DNA of 64,000 bases from an uncultured virus (IMG/VR IMGVR_UViG_3300029297_000290) (lineage: Duplodnaviria; Heunggongvirae; Uroviricota; Caudoviricetes), in the IMG/VR virus record IMGVR_UViG_3300029297_000290; one strand, written 5' to 3'. Both the position numbers and the translations under genes were made by a program. Shown here one piece after another: positions 17,953 to 27,102 of this stretch (within the stretch, counting starts at the first letter, position 1; each line of letters begins with the position of its first letter). The notes beneath the pieces are model-generated. The model was not told the DNA's origin. It did no database searches and saw only the letters and a list, made by a program, of their open reading frames with translations.

Positions 17953-18136
17953 TAAATATCAGCCTTACTATTCCATCTACACCCTCAACAAATTTCTCAC
18001 TAAAGTGGGGAAAGTGATAGAAATGAATGATTGGATTGATGATAAGAATTTTGCAGAAGGCAATTATTTCTTGAATGAAGAGGATGCAATTGCAAGGCTT
18101 AATGAATATAGAGTGCGAAGATTGGCAATCGCTTAA
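17924..18136 (+). CDS. Hypothetical protein
   Basis: 70 aa, GNYFLNEEDA motif common in phage proteins. Confidence 0.55.
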   Translation: MGDRRIRRADKYQPYYSIYTLNKFLTKVGKVIEMNDWIDDKNFAEGNYFLNEEDAIARLNEYRVRRLAIA

Positions 18137-18170
18137 TCGGATGCAAGGCAAAGGAAGAAATCGATAAGTA

Positions 18171-18389
18171 ATGACGCAAGAAGAATTTAAGAATGCGGAG
18201 AGGGTGCTACCTAAAGATCATCCTCTCCGCATTCAGTTAGAGGAGGCTAAATGCGGACTCCATAACATGAATATGATGATCGCACATCAGAATATGAGGA
18301 TTGCTAACATTATGGAAAAGATAATGGAAGTAAGTAAAGAATTGAATCATGAAGAAACAGGACATAATAATCAATCTACGGCAGATTGA
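18171..18389 (+). CDS. Hypothetical coiled-coil protein
   Basis: 72 aa ORF in operon. Confidence 0.55.
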   Translation: MTQEEFKNAERVLPKDHPLRIQLEEAKCGLHNMNMMIAHQNMRIANIMEKIMEVSKELNHEETGHNNQSTAD

Positions 18390-18546
18390 AAAGGAAGCCG
18401 AGCGTTGCCATTGCTGGACGAAATACATCCCCAAGGAGGATGCGAAAAAGTACAGCATTGACAAGGAACTTGCCGAGGTGCAGAAGTTGCTTATGAAGAT
18501 TGATGATCTGGCATTTAATATGTCGGCAAAAGTGAAAGGATCATGA
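18349..18546 (+). CDS. Hypothetical protein
   Basis: 65 aa ORF coupled to next gene. Confidence 0.55.
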   Translation: MKKQDIIINLRQIEKEAERCHCWTKYIPKEDAKKYSIDKELAEVQKLLMKIDDLAFNMSAKVKGS

Positions 18547-18989
18547 CAACATTACAGACAAAACAGACTTATCCGGTGAGCCTTACTTTCAGCAAGATTA
18601 TCCGGAAGAGTGGAAGGAAGCCGACAGAGTGCAAGTGCGAGAAATGCAAGTCGCAGTGCCGCACGCCTTGTCTCGGCACACCGGAGGACATAATGAAGTT
18701 GATTGAGGCAGGGTATGAGGACAGGCTGGCACCGACTTCATGGCATGTCGGGATGCTTCTCGGTGTGCATGACCGACCGATCGAGATGGTACAGGCGAGG
18801 ATTGAGGATAACGGCTGGTGTACGTTTTATCATGACGGCTTGTGTGAGCTGCATGATAAGGGATTGAAGCCGACCGAGGGGAGGTTGAGTCACCATTCCA
18901 TCAAGCTTGACAATTTTGTGCCGAAGAAGAGCCTTGCGTGGCTCGTGGCTAAGGAGTGGATTAAGCTGGAGGGATTATTAAAAAGATAA
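18543..18989 (+). CDS. YkgJ-like Cys-cluster (Zn/Fe-S) protein
   Basis: CKCEKCKSQC...C...WCTFYHDGLCELHDKGLKPTE. Confidence 0.7.
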   Translation: MTTLQTKQTYPVSLTFSKIIRKSGRKPTECKCEKCKSQCRTPCLGTPEDIMKLIEAGYEDRLAPTSWHVGMLLGVHDRPIEMVQARIEDNGWCTFYHDGLCELHDKGLKPTEGRLSHHSIKLDNFVPKKSLAWLVAKEWIKLEGLLKR

Positions 18990-19001
18990 AATAGTTGAGT
19001 T

Positions 19002-20009
19002 ATGAAAATCAAGAGAACAATCAAGGTACCTACGGGTGAGATTTATGTCGCAGAGGGCGACAAAGGAATGTTGGAGTTCCTTACGGTTGGCGACTATGGC
19101 AAGGATGCCAATATCAAGGCTGACTTCCTTGGGATAACAAGAGAGCTGAACGGGGTGCCTAACGGTGAGCCGATGCCGCTCACAGAGAAATGGGTGATAA
19201 CCATCTCCACGCAGTACGGCTGCTCGATGGGTTGCAAGTTCTGTGATGTGCCGAAAGTGGGAGCAGGACGCAACGCCACTTACAACGATCTCAAGGAACA
19301 GGTTCTGACCGCTATCCGTCAGCATCCGGAAGTGACGCGCACAAAGCGTCTGAACATCCACTTCGCCCGCATGGGTGAGCCGACATGGAATCCGTCAGTG
19401 CTTGACTTCGGGCTGCATCTGCATAGCGAAATCAGACCTTTCCTTGGCGACTCTCTCATACATCCGGTGATAAGCACGATGCTTCCCAAGAACAACAAGA
19501 ATCTATATCAGTTCCTGTCAGATTGGGTATATATTAAAAACAATATATTCAAGGGTGATGCCGGACTTCAATTCTCAATCAACTCCACTGATGATGAGCA
19601 GCGTGACTATCTCTTTTCAGGCAATTCTCTTTCACTTGCTGATATTTCAGAGATAGGCAAGGATCTGCCGATGCCGATAGGTCGTAAGTATGCACTCAAT
19701 TTCGCCCTTGCCGACAACAGCATCATAGACGGCAAGCGTCTGCGCGAGTTGTTTGACCCGGCGAAGTTCATGTGCAAGATTACTCCGCTGCACCGCACGG
19801 CAAGCTGTGAGAGCAACGGCATAGCCACCACTGACGGCTACGAACTTTTCACACCCTACAAGGCAGTTGAGGAGGATTTGAAAGCCAACGGATTTGATGT
19901 GATTGTATTCGTGCCGTCCTACGATGAGGACAACGGACTTATCACCTGTGGGAATGCGATATTATCGGGCAAGCTGCCAACAAGTAAGTATGAAATCATT
20001 GAGGATTGA
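19002..20009 (+). CDS. RlmN/Cfr-like radical SAM enzyme
   Basis: ISTQYGCSMGCKFC, MGEP, FSINSTDDEQRD and C-terminal ITCGN. Confidence 0.85.
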   Translation: MKIKRTIKVPTGEIYVAEGDKGMLEFLTVGDYGKDANIKADFLGITRELNGVPNGEPMPLTEKWVITISTQYGCSMGCKFCDVPKVGAGRNATYNDLKEQVLTAIRQHPEVTRTKRLNIHFARMGEPTWNPSVLDFGLHLHSEIRPFLGDSLIHPVISTMLPKNNKNLYQFLSDWVYIKNNIFKGDAGLQFSINSTDDEQRDYLFSGNSLSLADISEIGKDLPMPIGRKYALNFALADNSIIDGKRLRELFDPAKFMCKITPLHRTASCESNGIATTDGYELFTPYKAVEEDLKANGFDVIVFVPSYDEDNGLITCGNAILSGKLPTSKYEIIED

Positions 20010-20012
20010 GTT

Positions 20013-20759
20013 ATGACAGACGAATTAAGAAATAGAACGTGGGCGGTGCTTCCTGAAGAGTTTAAGAGGGAGGTCAGAGAGATACACAAACATTATAGCA
20101 ATACTTACAACGCATACCAAGAAGGAGCATTTAATGCTATTAAAATGATTTTCGGTCTCCACAATCTCACCGCCGAGGAGCAGCCGAAGCCTAAGTTTGA
20201 GGTAGGAGATAAGGTAATCGTCAACGGGAAGTTTATTTCTGCAATCTACGACATAGATACGAAAAATTATCCCGATTGTCCTTATTACATAAGGAAGCTT
20301 GATGGTTACTATGGCTATTTTGCCGAGTCTGACCTCCAACTCTACACTGAACCCGAAGAAACTCCAAACGAGGATTCCTCGCCCGAAATCGGTAAGGATT
20401 CTACGGATTCAGAGTCAGAACTGAATCTTTGTGAATTGTTGGCTGATTGTGTAGGCATGGAGTTTTACTCAAAGTGGTGTGGGAAGTGCTATCTCAAATC
20501 AATTAACCCCGATGGCACGAATTTTACCCTAACATATAATGATGGCAAAGCAAGTTTTTGGTTGTTACCTAATGGAAAAGCTACAGAAGATGGCGAACTG
20601 ATGTTATTCCCATCTAAAGATGTGAGGACGTGGGAGGGGTGGCAACCCTATGAATACCGGCTGCAATCCGAGAGCAAGAAATACGAGAATATCCGCGAGC
20701 GTGATGCCTTCCTTGCAGGGGCGCAGTTTGCGGAGGATAATCTAAAATACGTCAAGTAA
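20013..20759 (+). CDS. Hypothetical mosaic protein (SH3/KOW-like segment)
   Basis: KPKFEVGDKVIV; LFPSKDVRTWEGW. Confidence 0.65.
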   Translation: MTDELRNRTWAVLPEEFKREVREIHKHYSNTYNAYQEGAFNAIKMIFGLHNLTAEEQPKPKFEVGDKVIVNGKFISAIYDIDTKNYPDCPYYIRKLDGYYGYFAESDLQLYTEPEETPNEDSSPEIGKDSTDSESELNLCELLADCVGMEFYSKWCGKCYLKSINPDGTNFTLTYNDGKASFWLLPNGKATEDGELMLFPSKDVRTWEGWQPYEYRLQSESKKYENIRERDAFLAGAQFAEDNLKYVK

Positions 20760-21124
20760 TGAAACAGAATCTTACAGTTGAACAATCCGCTCGACTGATT
20801 GAGTTGGGAGTGGACAAAAAGAGAGCAAGTAAATGTAGTTCATACATGAAAACTTCTGCAAGTTGCAGAGGAATCATACAAGTACCACAATATAATCCAA
20901 TCTTCACCCTTTCGGATGTGCTTGAAATGCTGCCGAAAGAGATGGAAGTTGATTTTCAAGGTAATGTTATCGCTTTACATCTTGTAATTGTTGCAAGCGA
21001 AAATAGTTGGGAAGTTAGTTATTCTGACAATAACACTTTGCAAACTGCTCCCGAACTGATAGACGCGCTATTCAATCTTCTTGTATGGGTGCTTACAAAT
21101 TATAAAGACCAAGTGAATAAATGA
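20759..21124 (+). CDS. Hypothetical protein
   Basis: LTVEQSARLIELG...FTLSDVLEMLP phage-type protein. Confidence 0.65.
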   Translation: MKQNLTVEQSARLIELGVDKKRASKCSSYMKTSASCRGIIQVPQYNPIFTLSDVLEMLPKEMEVDFQGNVIALHLVIVASENSWEVSYSDNNTLQTAPELIDALFNLLVWVLTNYKDQVNK

Positions 21125-21336
21125 AGAAACAGAAAGAAAAGGCAATCATTCGCAGAGGTGATTACAGAATCACAGAGAAACTTGATAAAGGATTTGACGA
21201 AGTTGAGAGGATATGGTATTATTTGCATATCAATACATACCACGCAACGGGAAGCAAACAGTGGTGTTGTCTTAGAGCGTCAACAGACCTTAGCAAGTTG
21301 GAGCATATCTTAGACCATCTTCAACCGATTATTTAA
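21121..21336 (+). CDS. Hypothetical protein
   Basis: Coupled 71 aa ORF. Confidence 0.55.
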   Translation: MKKQKEKAIIRRGDYRITEKLDKGFDEVERIWYYLHINTYHATGSKQWCCLRASTDLSKLEHILDHLQPII

Positions 21337-21347
21337 AAAGTGAAGCT

Positions 21348-21638
21348 ATGAGACAATTAACAAAAGAAGAAGCAATCGCCTTTTGCGATAACAAACTTTA
21401 CGAGGGAATGACCTCACGACAGATTGCCGAGTTTCAAATGATGCAGGATAGACTCTGTGTGCCATTTGATGTATTTCATAAAGCCGCTGAGGAAGCACTT
21501 GGCAGACCCGTATGGACGCATGAGTTTGCCGATTGTGATAGCCTGTTGAAAGAACTGATGGGTGACAAAGAACCACCTACGTTTGAAGAGATTATCAACC
21601 TTATCCCCGAAGAGAAAAGAATACTGATAAAGATATGA
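21348..21638 (+). CDS. Hypothetical protein
   Basis: EEALGRPVWTHEF motif; 96 aa. Confidence 0.65.
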   Translation: MRQLTKEEAIAFCDNKLYEGMTSRQIAEFQMMQDRLCVPFDVFHKAAEEALGRPVWTHEFADCDSLLKELMGDKEPPTFEEIINLIPEEKRILIKI

Positions 21639-21916
21639 CGATAGAAGATAAGGCGAAAGCATACGCGGGGAATAAACGTAGGCAGTTAACTACGGGTCAA
21701 GTTGTAGGTCTCCATATTGCAGACCTTGAAGATATTCTTTGCCAAGCCTACCTCCAAGGAGCAAAGGACGCTGAGAAAGAATATTCAGACAGAGTTATGC
21801 AGGCAATAGTATTGCTTGAACCTAACTTTGAGCAGACTAAAATGTTCAAGAACATTCAGAATAAGATTGTCGCGCAAGCGATGGCTGAAATAAACGATAA
21901 GATGAATAAATCATGA
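21635..21916 (+). CDS. Hypothetical protein
   Basis: ATGA-coupled. Confidence 0.6.
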   Translation: MTIEDKAKAYAGNKRRQLTTGQVVGLHIADLEDILCQAYLQGAKDAEKEYSDRVMQAIVLLEPNFEQTKMFKNIQNKIVAQAMAEINDKMNKS

Positions 21917-22239
21917 CAAGAGAAGAACAATTACAAAGAGAAATAGAAGTGCCGTCAATGTACAATCAAATGAATGGCATGGAGAATGTATTCATTAACG
22001 GCGCAATCAAAGGTGCTGAATGGGCTGACACTCATCCTGCGTGGGTGATGTGCGAGGATAGATTACCGGAAGATGGAGAGCAAGTCTATTGCTACATGAA
22101 AAGTGGCTCATACGAAATACTTGTATGGAACGAGCGCTTCGAAGTATGGGATGATGCAGAAGGCTATGATTGTTTCTGCGACAAAGACCAAGTGTTGGCT
22201 TGGTTTGAGTTGCCTGAGTTTAACCCGATAAAAGAATAA
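21913..22239 (+). CDS. DUF551-like protein
   Basis: WVMCEDRLPE...VLAWFELPE. Confidence 0.7.
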   Translation: MTREEQLQREIEVPSMYNQMNGMENVFINGAIKGAEWADTHPAWVMCEDRLPEDGEQVYCYMKSGSYEILVWNERFEVWDDAEGYDCFCDKDQVLAWFELPEFNPIKE

Positions 22240-22242
22240 GAT

Positions 22243-22413
22243 ATGAAAATAAGCACATTAATTGACATGCTTAAATATTTACAAACGACTGAAGGTGATG
22301 TTGAAGTAAAAGTTGCAACAGAGGGAAATGAGCTTGCAAAACATAGAATTATTAATGTTTGCGGCAATGCTCATGTTCTAATTGTGATAAGCAAGAGTGC
22401 ATTTCCACTATAA
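22243..22413 (+). CDS. Small hypothetical protein (56 aa, below ORF-track cutoff)
   Basis: MKISTLIDMLKYLQTTEGDVEV... translated by hand. Confidence 0.55.
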   Translation: MKISTLIDMLKYLQTTEGDVEVKVATEGNELAKHRIINVCGNAHVLIVISKSAFPL

Positions 22414-22441
22414 TATAATGAATCAAAAGAATAAGAAAACA

Positions 22442-22717
22442 ATGGAAACAAAAGATTACAAAGCTCCGACAAGGAGAATGACAACCGCTGAATTTCAGCG
22501 CAAGGTGGAGTTGGCGATCATCAGCGAACGCCATAGTGACGAACCCGAACAGATACAGACTGTATGGTTGGGGTATGTCCTCGGGAATATCAAAGGTCTG
22601 TTCATCGCAGTCGGCAAGGATGGAGTGGATGGCTGCTACTACGAAGCTACCTACCGCTCCGAGACTGACGATGTGTGGATTGATGTGTATGAGAAGAAAG
22701 CGCAGATAAAACTCTAA
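22442..22717 (+). CDS. DUF6275-like protein
   Basis: VWLGYVLGNIKGL...YYEATY...IDVYEK. Confidence 0.65.
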   Translation: METKDYKAPTRRMTTAEFQRKVELAIISERHSDEPEQIQTVWLGYVLGNIKGLFIAVGKDGVDGCYYEATYRSETDDVWIDVYEKKAQIKL

Positions 22718-22945
22718 CAACAAAATCAAAGAATGGTAAGTCTGTAAGACCAGGCATCGCCCCGTGGACCAAAATATGTGATTATCACAGGCGATTAAGT
22801 TGCCGTAAAAAAAGGCGTAATTCAAACGTTCACTTTGTGGTAGATAGCTGCTAACCATGCTCTATCCTAAGCAGTCCGACCGAAAAATGGCGTCGATAAA
22901 CTATGTTGCAAACCACCCATTCTTTTTTTTTAATTTGAATAAGAT

Positions 22946-23290
22946 ATGACAATAAGGGAACTGAAAGAACTTGACGACAAAGACATTCGTAAGTTTGCCT
23001 ATGAGAGTCTGTACAATACCAAGAAGCTATCCAACACCAACGTGGATTGCTTTGTGACTGGATTCAAGTGCATGAGGAATAGGGTTCACGTCAACATGTC
23101 CGACACATTGCAGGATATCGTTGATTCCATCATAAAGAAGATAAATGATATAGACATGTCGGCAAGCTATGGTGGCAGATGCTACACCAAGGAGGAGAAC
23201 ACCTACATCCATAAAATTTCGGATGTCAAGGCTGACATTGTGAAACTTCTGGAAAAGATAGAGGACTATAAAATTGAATTGACTGTATAA
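22946..23290 (+). CDS. Hypothetical protein
   Basis: 114 aa ORF. Confidence 0.6.
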   Translation: MTIRELKELDDKDIRKFAYESLYNTKKLSNTNVDCFVTGFKCMRNRVHVNMSDTLQDIVDSIIKKINDIDMSASYGGRCYTKEENTYIHKISDVKADIVKLLEKIEDYKIELTV

Positions 23291-23293
23291 GCT

Positions 23294-23467
23294 ATGACCG
23301 TAAAAGAACTGAAAGAGATATTATCCGACTATCCCGACAACATGGAAGTGGCTATTGATATTGATTGGGCTGAGGATGTTTTATGGGTAGTAGATTATGT
23401 TAGTCCTGACTATACGAAATGCTATCTAATAATAGGGAACACCGAGGGGTTTCAATATAAACAATAA
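23294..23467 (+). CDS. Small hypothetical protein (57 aa)
   Basis: MTVKELKEILSDYPDNMEV... translated by hand. Confidence 0.6.
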   Translation: MTVKELKEILSDYPDNMEVAIDIDWAEDVLWVVDYVSPDYTKCYLIIGNTEGFQYKQ

Positions 23468-23479
23468 ATTTTATAATAT

Positions 23480-23800
23480 ATGGACGATAAAGAGATAGAC
23501 AAGCTGGCGAGGGAGATTGCAGAACTGCATTTTTTGAATTGTCCCGAAGACTCTGAAATATTGAAAGAGCATATCCACGATATAAAAGTTTATATCCGTG
23601 ATATTCTCCGCACCCATGCGATTGTGCCGAAAGAGAAAGTGATTGAAGCATACAATGGTTGGGAGCAGTTTTTTGGCTCCAAACAAGAAGATGCTGCACA
23701 AGCTGGCAGGTGGCAATTAGAGGATATTTTTGGTTCCGAGCTTGATTTTAAGTCACTCGGCAAAGAACTCTTTAACGACAACGGCAATGAGCAAGAATGA
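23480..23800 (+). CDS. Hypothetical protein
   Basis: 106 aa ORF. Confidence 0.6.
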   Translation: MDDKEIDKLAREIAELHFLNCPEDSEILKEHIHDIKVYIRDILRTHAIVPKEKVIEAYNGWEQFFGSKQEDAAQAGRWQLEDIFGSELDFKSLGKELFNDNGNEQE

Positions 23801-24179
23801 CATATACCGTCGTTTGGCAGAAAGGCTGTCAGACGAGCAAAAGGAGAGAGTTAACAAGTTTCTGTCCGAATGTGAACCATCAGGAACCTACGAAGAGATT
23901 CAGTTAAAGCTAAAAAGTCTGTTTACCGACAAGAATGACACAACGACCATCAAAGGGTGGCTATGTCGCGATGAAGATGGATATTTGGCAATCTTCTATG
24001 ACGAGAAGCCAGAGCGATACTTCCCCAAGTCTATTGATGGATTCCCAAAAATGTCAGGCATTTGGACAAATTTCAATGGCAGCAGCGATGTTCTATCTGA
24101 CAATTTTGCTCCGTGTGAAATCACATGGGATAGCGACCCCGTTGAAGTTGAGATAAAAATTAAAAAGATTGAGGAATGA
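23787..24179 (+). CDS. Hypothetical protein
   Basis: MSKNDIY...GWLCRDEDG...ITWDSDPVEVEI. Confidence 0.6.
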   Translation: MSKNDIYRRLAERLSDEQKERVNKFLSECEPSGTYEEIQLKLKSLFTDKNDTTTIKGWLCRDEDGYLAIFYDEKPERYFPKSIDGFPKMSGIWTNFNGSSDVLSDNFAPCEITWDSDPVEVEIKIKKIEE

Positions 24180-24519
24180 AACCGACAACAAAAGCGAGCA
24201 TCAAGTACGGATTGATTATGATGCTCCCGACACTGATTGCAGTAATCTTTTATCCGATATGGCTCATCTCTATATGGACGGCAGAAGGCTATCGGATAAT
24301 ACGCAAGTGGGCGATTAAGAAAGTGTATAACGTTAAAGTTGATGAAGGATGAAAACCTCAATATAGAAACGCTTCTTTCGCCGTGGTCACAACATCCAAG
24401 GCGGAGGATATGCCGCCAAGTCTAACGGATGGTGTGCGAAGCACGAAGCGAAGTCTACGAGAACGAGATTCAAGAGACTTATGGATAAACTTTTTAAGGA
24501 TGATTAAAATGAGGAAGAT

Positions 24520-24858
24520 ATGAATAGAATCTGCTATTTCGGTACAAGGGGAAAGCCTGGGCATTACGCTCATCCCCTCGTCGGCTCGTTCACTGCCGCA
24601 GAACTTGAAAACATAAGCAAAATAGACCGTGCTATATATCACGAACACATAGAGCATGACGGATTCGGTTACGGATTCCTTCCACCTTTCATGTGGTATG
24701 CCATTCCATATAGCAAGGACGACAAAAGACCCGGTTGTATATCAGCCATATTTGTTGAAAACGCCAAAACATCAAAGGAAATCCGGGAAGCGATATTGAG
24801 CGACCCCGAACTGCGTTGGAGATTTGGAAAGAGATTCCCTAAAGAAGATGAGATATGA
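24520..24858 (+). CDS. Hypothetical protein
   Basis: YFGT...GHY...DDKRPGC. Confidence 0.6.
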   Translation: MNRICYFGTRGKPGHYAHPLVGSFTAAELENISKIDRAIYHEHIEHDGFGYGFLPPFMWYAIPYSKDDKRPGCISAIFVENAKTSKEIREAILSDPELRWRFGKRFPKEDEI

Positions 24859-25043
24859 ACCGACCGACAGACCCGAAGAAATGCAAGCATTATGAAGATG
24901 GATTTTGTGGATGCTTTCCTATCAAGGTGCGCAATACATGGCTCATCAGTGGGAATCGCACCACGATGAGCGGCAAATCCTGTGAACTATTAAGAAAGAA
25001 AGGGAATTGTCCCGACTTCACCCCTAAAACAAAGAAACAATGA
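24855..25043 (+). CDS. Small Cys-rich protein
   Basis: PKKCKHY...CPDFTPKT. Confidence 0.55.
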   Translation: MNRPTDPKKCKHYEDGFCGCFPIKVRNTWLISGNRTTMSGKSCELLRKKGNCPDFTPKTKKQ

Positions 25044-25210
25044 GCAACCCTAAAGACTGCAAATATTACATCAATGACGGCTGCTTTGATGACGATCTAT
25101 GTGCCAAGAGAGTAAAACTTCTAAAGGTTGTGGAAATCAACAGGCATTATAATTGCGGTTGTCTTGGCCGTGGCTGTCCGTATTTCACCCCTAAAACAGA
25201 TAAGATATGA
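25040..25210 (+). CDS. Small Cys-rich protein (paralog of previous)
   Basis: MSNPKDCKYY...CPYFTPKT, 56 aa, ATGA-coupled on both sides. Confidence 0.55.
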   Translation: MSNPKDCKYYINDGCFDDDLCAKRVKLLKVVEINRHYNCGCLGRGCPYFTPKTDKI

Positions 25211-25689
25211 TAATTACTCGAACGGATTTACCGAACCTAAAACTAATTGGAAAAGTTGTTGGCATAACAAGCGGATGCTTTGATTTGCTTCACTTTTATC
25301 ATTTGCGCTATTTGGAGCGTTGCAAGGCTCTCTGTGACTTTCTCATTGTAGGAGTTGACAGCGATCTCCTCGTATGGCAGAATAAGCAGAAGACACCCAT
25401 TATTCCGGAACATCACAGGATGGCTATGGTTGATGCCTTGAAATGTGTAGATGCTACATTCCGTATGGATGTTGTATCTGATATTGACGATTATGCTGTG
25501 ATTGCGAACGCCGATAAAATGTTCAAGAATTTACCTAAGATTTACGGATCGGAAGTCACTCCTCATGAAGGTGTATCTCTTGTTCTGATACCGGATATAG
25601 AAGAAGTCTGCTCAACTACCGAATTAATAGAGAGAATAAGAACCGCACAGTCAATAATGAAAGAACCAGTTAAAACAGATAAACAATGA
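25207..25689 (+). CDS. Cytidylyl/adenylyltransferase (TagD/RfaE-II-like)
   Basis: GCFDLLHFYHLRYL...LIVGVDSD...R...VD...STTELIERI. Confidence 0.85.
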   Translation: MIITRTDLPNLKLIGKVVGITSGCFDLLHFYHLRYLERCKALCDFLIVGVDSDLLVWQNKQKTPIIPEHHRMAMVDALKCVDATFRMDVVSDIDDYAVIANADKMFKNLPKIYGSEVTPHEGVSLVLIPDIEEVCSTTELIERIRTAQSIMKEPVKTDKQ

Positions 25690-25713
25690 AAACAAAAGCA
25701 AGTAACGCAGCCT

Positions 25714-25992
25714 GTGCTGCATACGAAGAATGCAATGACAAAGATTGAGAATGATAAAGTCTATGTGCTTTTCTTCAAGGACACATACGTTGACGTGACA
25801 GGAGACGAGGAACCGCCCGAAGTCATGGGTGTGTTCACCTCCGTGGAGGAAATAGAGAAGTACATGAGCGGAGATTCGTGGCTTCAACAATATATCCGCG
25901 AAGATAACAAGTGGATAAGGAAGAGCATGATGGATTATCCCCATGACGTATACTATTACTATGAGGAGTTTGAACTTAACAAGGCTGAATGA
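25714..25992 (+). CDS. Hypothetical protein
   Basis: KVYVL...VMGVFTS motif; start uncertain. Confidence 0.55.
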   Translation: MLHTKNAMTKIENDKVYVLFFKDTYVDVTGDEEPPEVMGVFTSVEEIEKYMSGDSWLQQYIREDNKWIRKSMMDYPHDVYYYYEEFELNKAE

Positions 25993-26192
25993 TGGCAAAG
26001 ATTAAGAATGGCATAATCATAAACTGCAAAGTTTATGAAGCGGTAGAAACAACCGATAAAGAAGTTCCTTGTGGACTATGCGATTTGTTGGGAATATGTA
26101 CTGATGATTGTAAAATGTTCAATAGTACTGAACATGAAGATGTCTATTTCCGTCTCCACCAACCAATGACTGATAAAAACAACAAGAAATGA
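25989..26192 (+). CDS. Small Cys-containing protein
   Basis: GIIIN...CGLCDL. Confidence 0.55.
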   Translation: MMAKIKNGIIINCKVYEAVETTDKEVPCGLCDLLGICTDDCKMFNSTEHEDVYFRLHQPMTDKNNKK

Positions 26193-26650
26193 AGAAAGAT
26201 AATAGCCAGGAATCACAAGTGTCGATGAAGATGAACACCTACGTTTCCCAACTACCTTGGGTAAAAACAAGCGAGGATGCAATCAGAGAGCGTGCGCATA
26301 ACTGCATGTTGTCAGAGACCGAAGATCTAAGCTGCGAAGATGATAGAGTACTCGCCGAATTGCGACACAGGTTTGAGCATCTCTACGTCCGAGGAGCGAG
26401 GGACTTTCTTAGCCTTCCGATCGCTGAACGTCTGACCGAGGAGGAAGCGAAGAACATTAGAGGAACCTACGCCTATGCGTTGAAACGTGCATTGGAGAAT
26501 ACCGGTAATCGGGAATATCTCTACGGCTACATGGAGGCGTTGCGCAATGTGTTCGGATGTAACTTTTTCGGCAGTCCCGAAGAAGTTGTGAAGTCTATCA
26601 TTGACGCAAACGTGGACGTGCTAAAAAGAATCAAGGAGAAAGGAGACTGA
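26189..26650 (+). CDS. Hypothetical protein
   Basis: 153 aa ORF. Confidence 0.6.
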   Translation: MKKDNSQESQVSMKMNTYVSQLPWVKTSEDAIRERAHNCMLSETEDLSCEDDRVLAELRHRFEHLYVRGARDFLSLPIAERLTEEEAKNIRGTYAYALKRALENTGNREYLYGYMEALRNVFGCNFFGSPEEVVKSIIDANVDVLKRIKEKGD

Positions 26651-26778
26651 ATCATGAATGAAATAGCAATGTATTTGGGTTATAGCATACTTGGGATTGT
26701 CGCGCTTGTCGTGCTGCTCCTGCTGGGTGTCTTGCTTGGCGGCTTGATAGTTAGATTAATTTATAAAATATTTGGCTT

Positions 26779-26961
26779 ATGAAGAAAAAGAAAACAGAGG
26801 ACGAGGAAGTGTATCACTTGACACCGAAAGCCATATTCTTCAGCTGCCTTGCAGACGCTCATCTGCTTATAGATGATATAAATCCCAATAGGGATGCCGA
26901 GACTGCATGGGAGCTTTTTGAAATAAGGATGATGAAGCATGGATATATCAAGGATGAGTAA
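26779..26961 (+). CDS. Hypothetical protein
   Basis: 60 aa ORF. Confidence 0.5.
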   Translation: MKKKKTEDEEVYHLTPKAIFFSCLADAHLLIDDINPNRDAETAWELFEIRMMKHGYIKDE

Positions 26962-27102
26962 TGAATTAAAGATATAGCAGAGACCCGAATGGCAGAGGGC
27001 GAGGCATCTCACAGTGAAACTTAGGAAACTTCGCAAACCTCCCTCCTCAAAGACGGAAGAGGGTGCTTCGCCCGAAGTCATTCAATAAAACTGAGATGAG
27101 AT

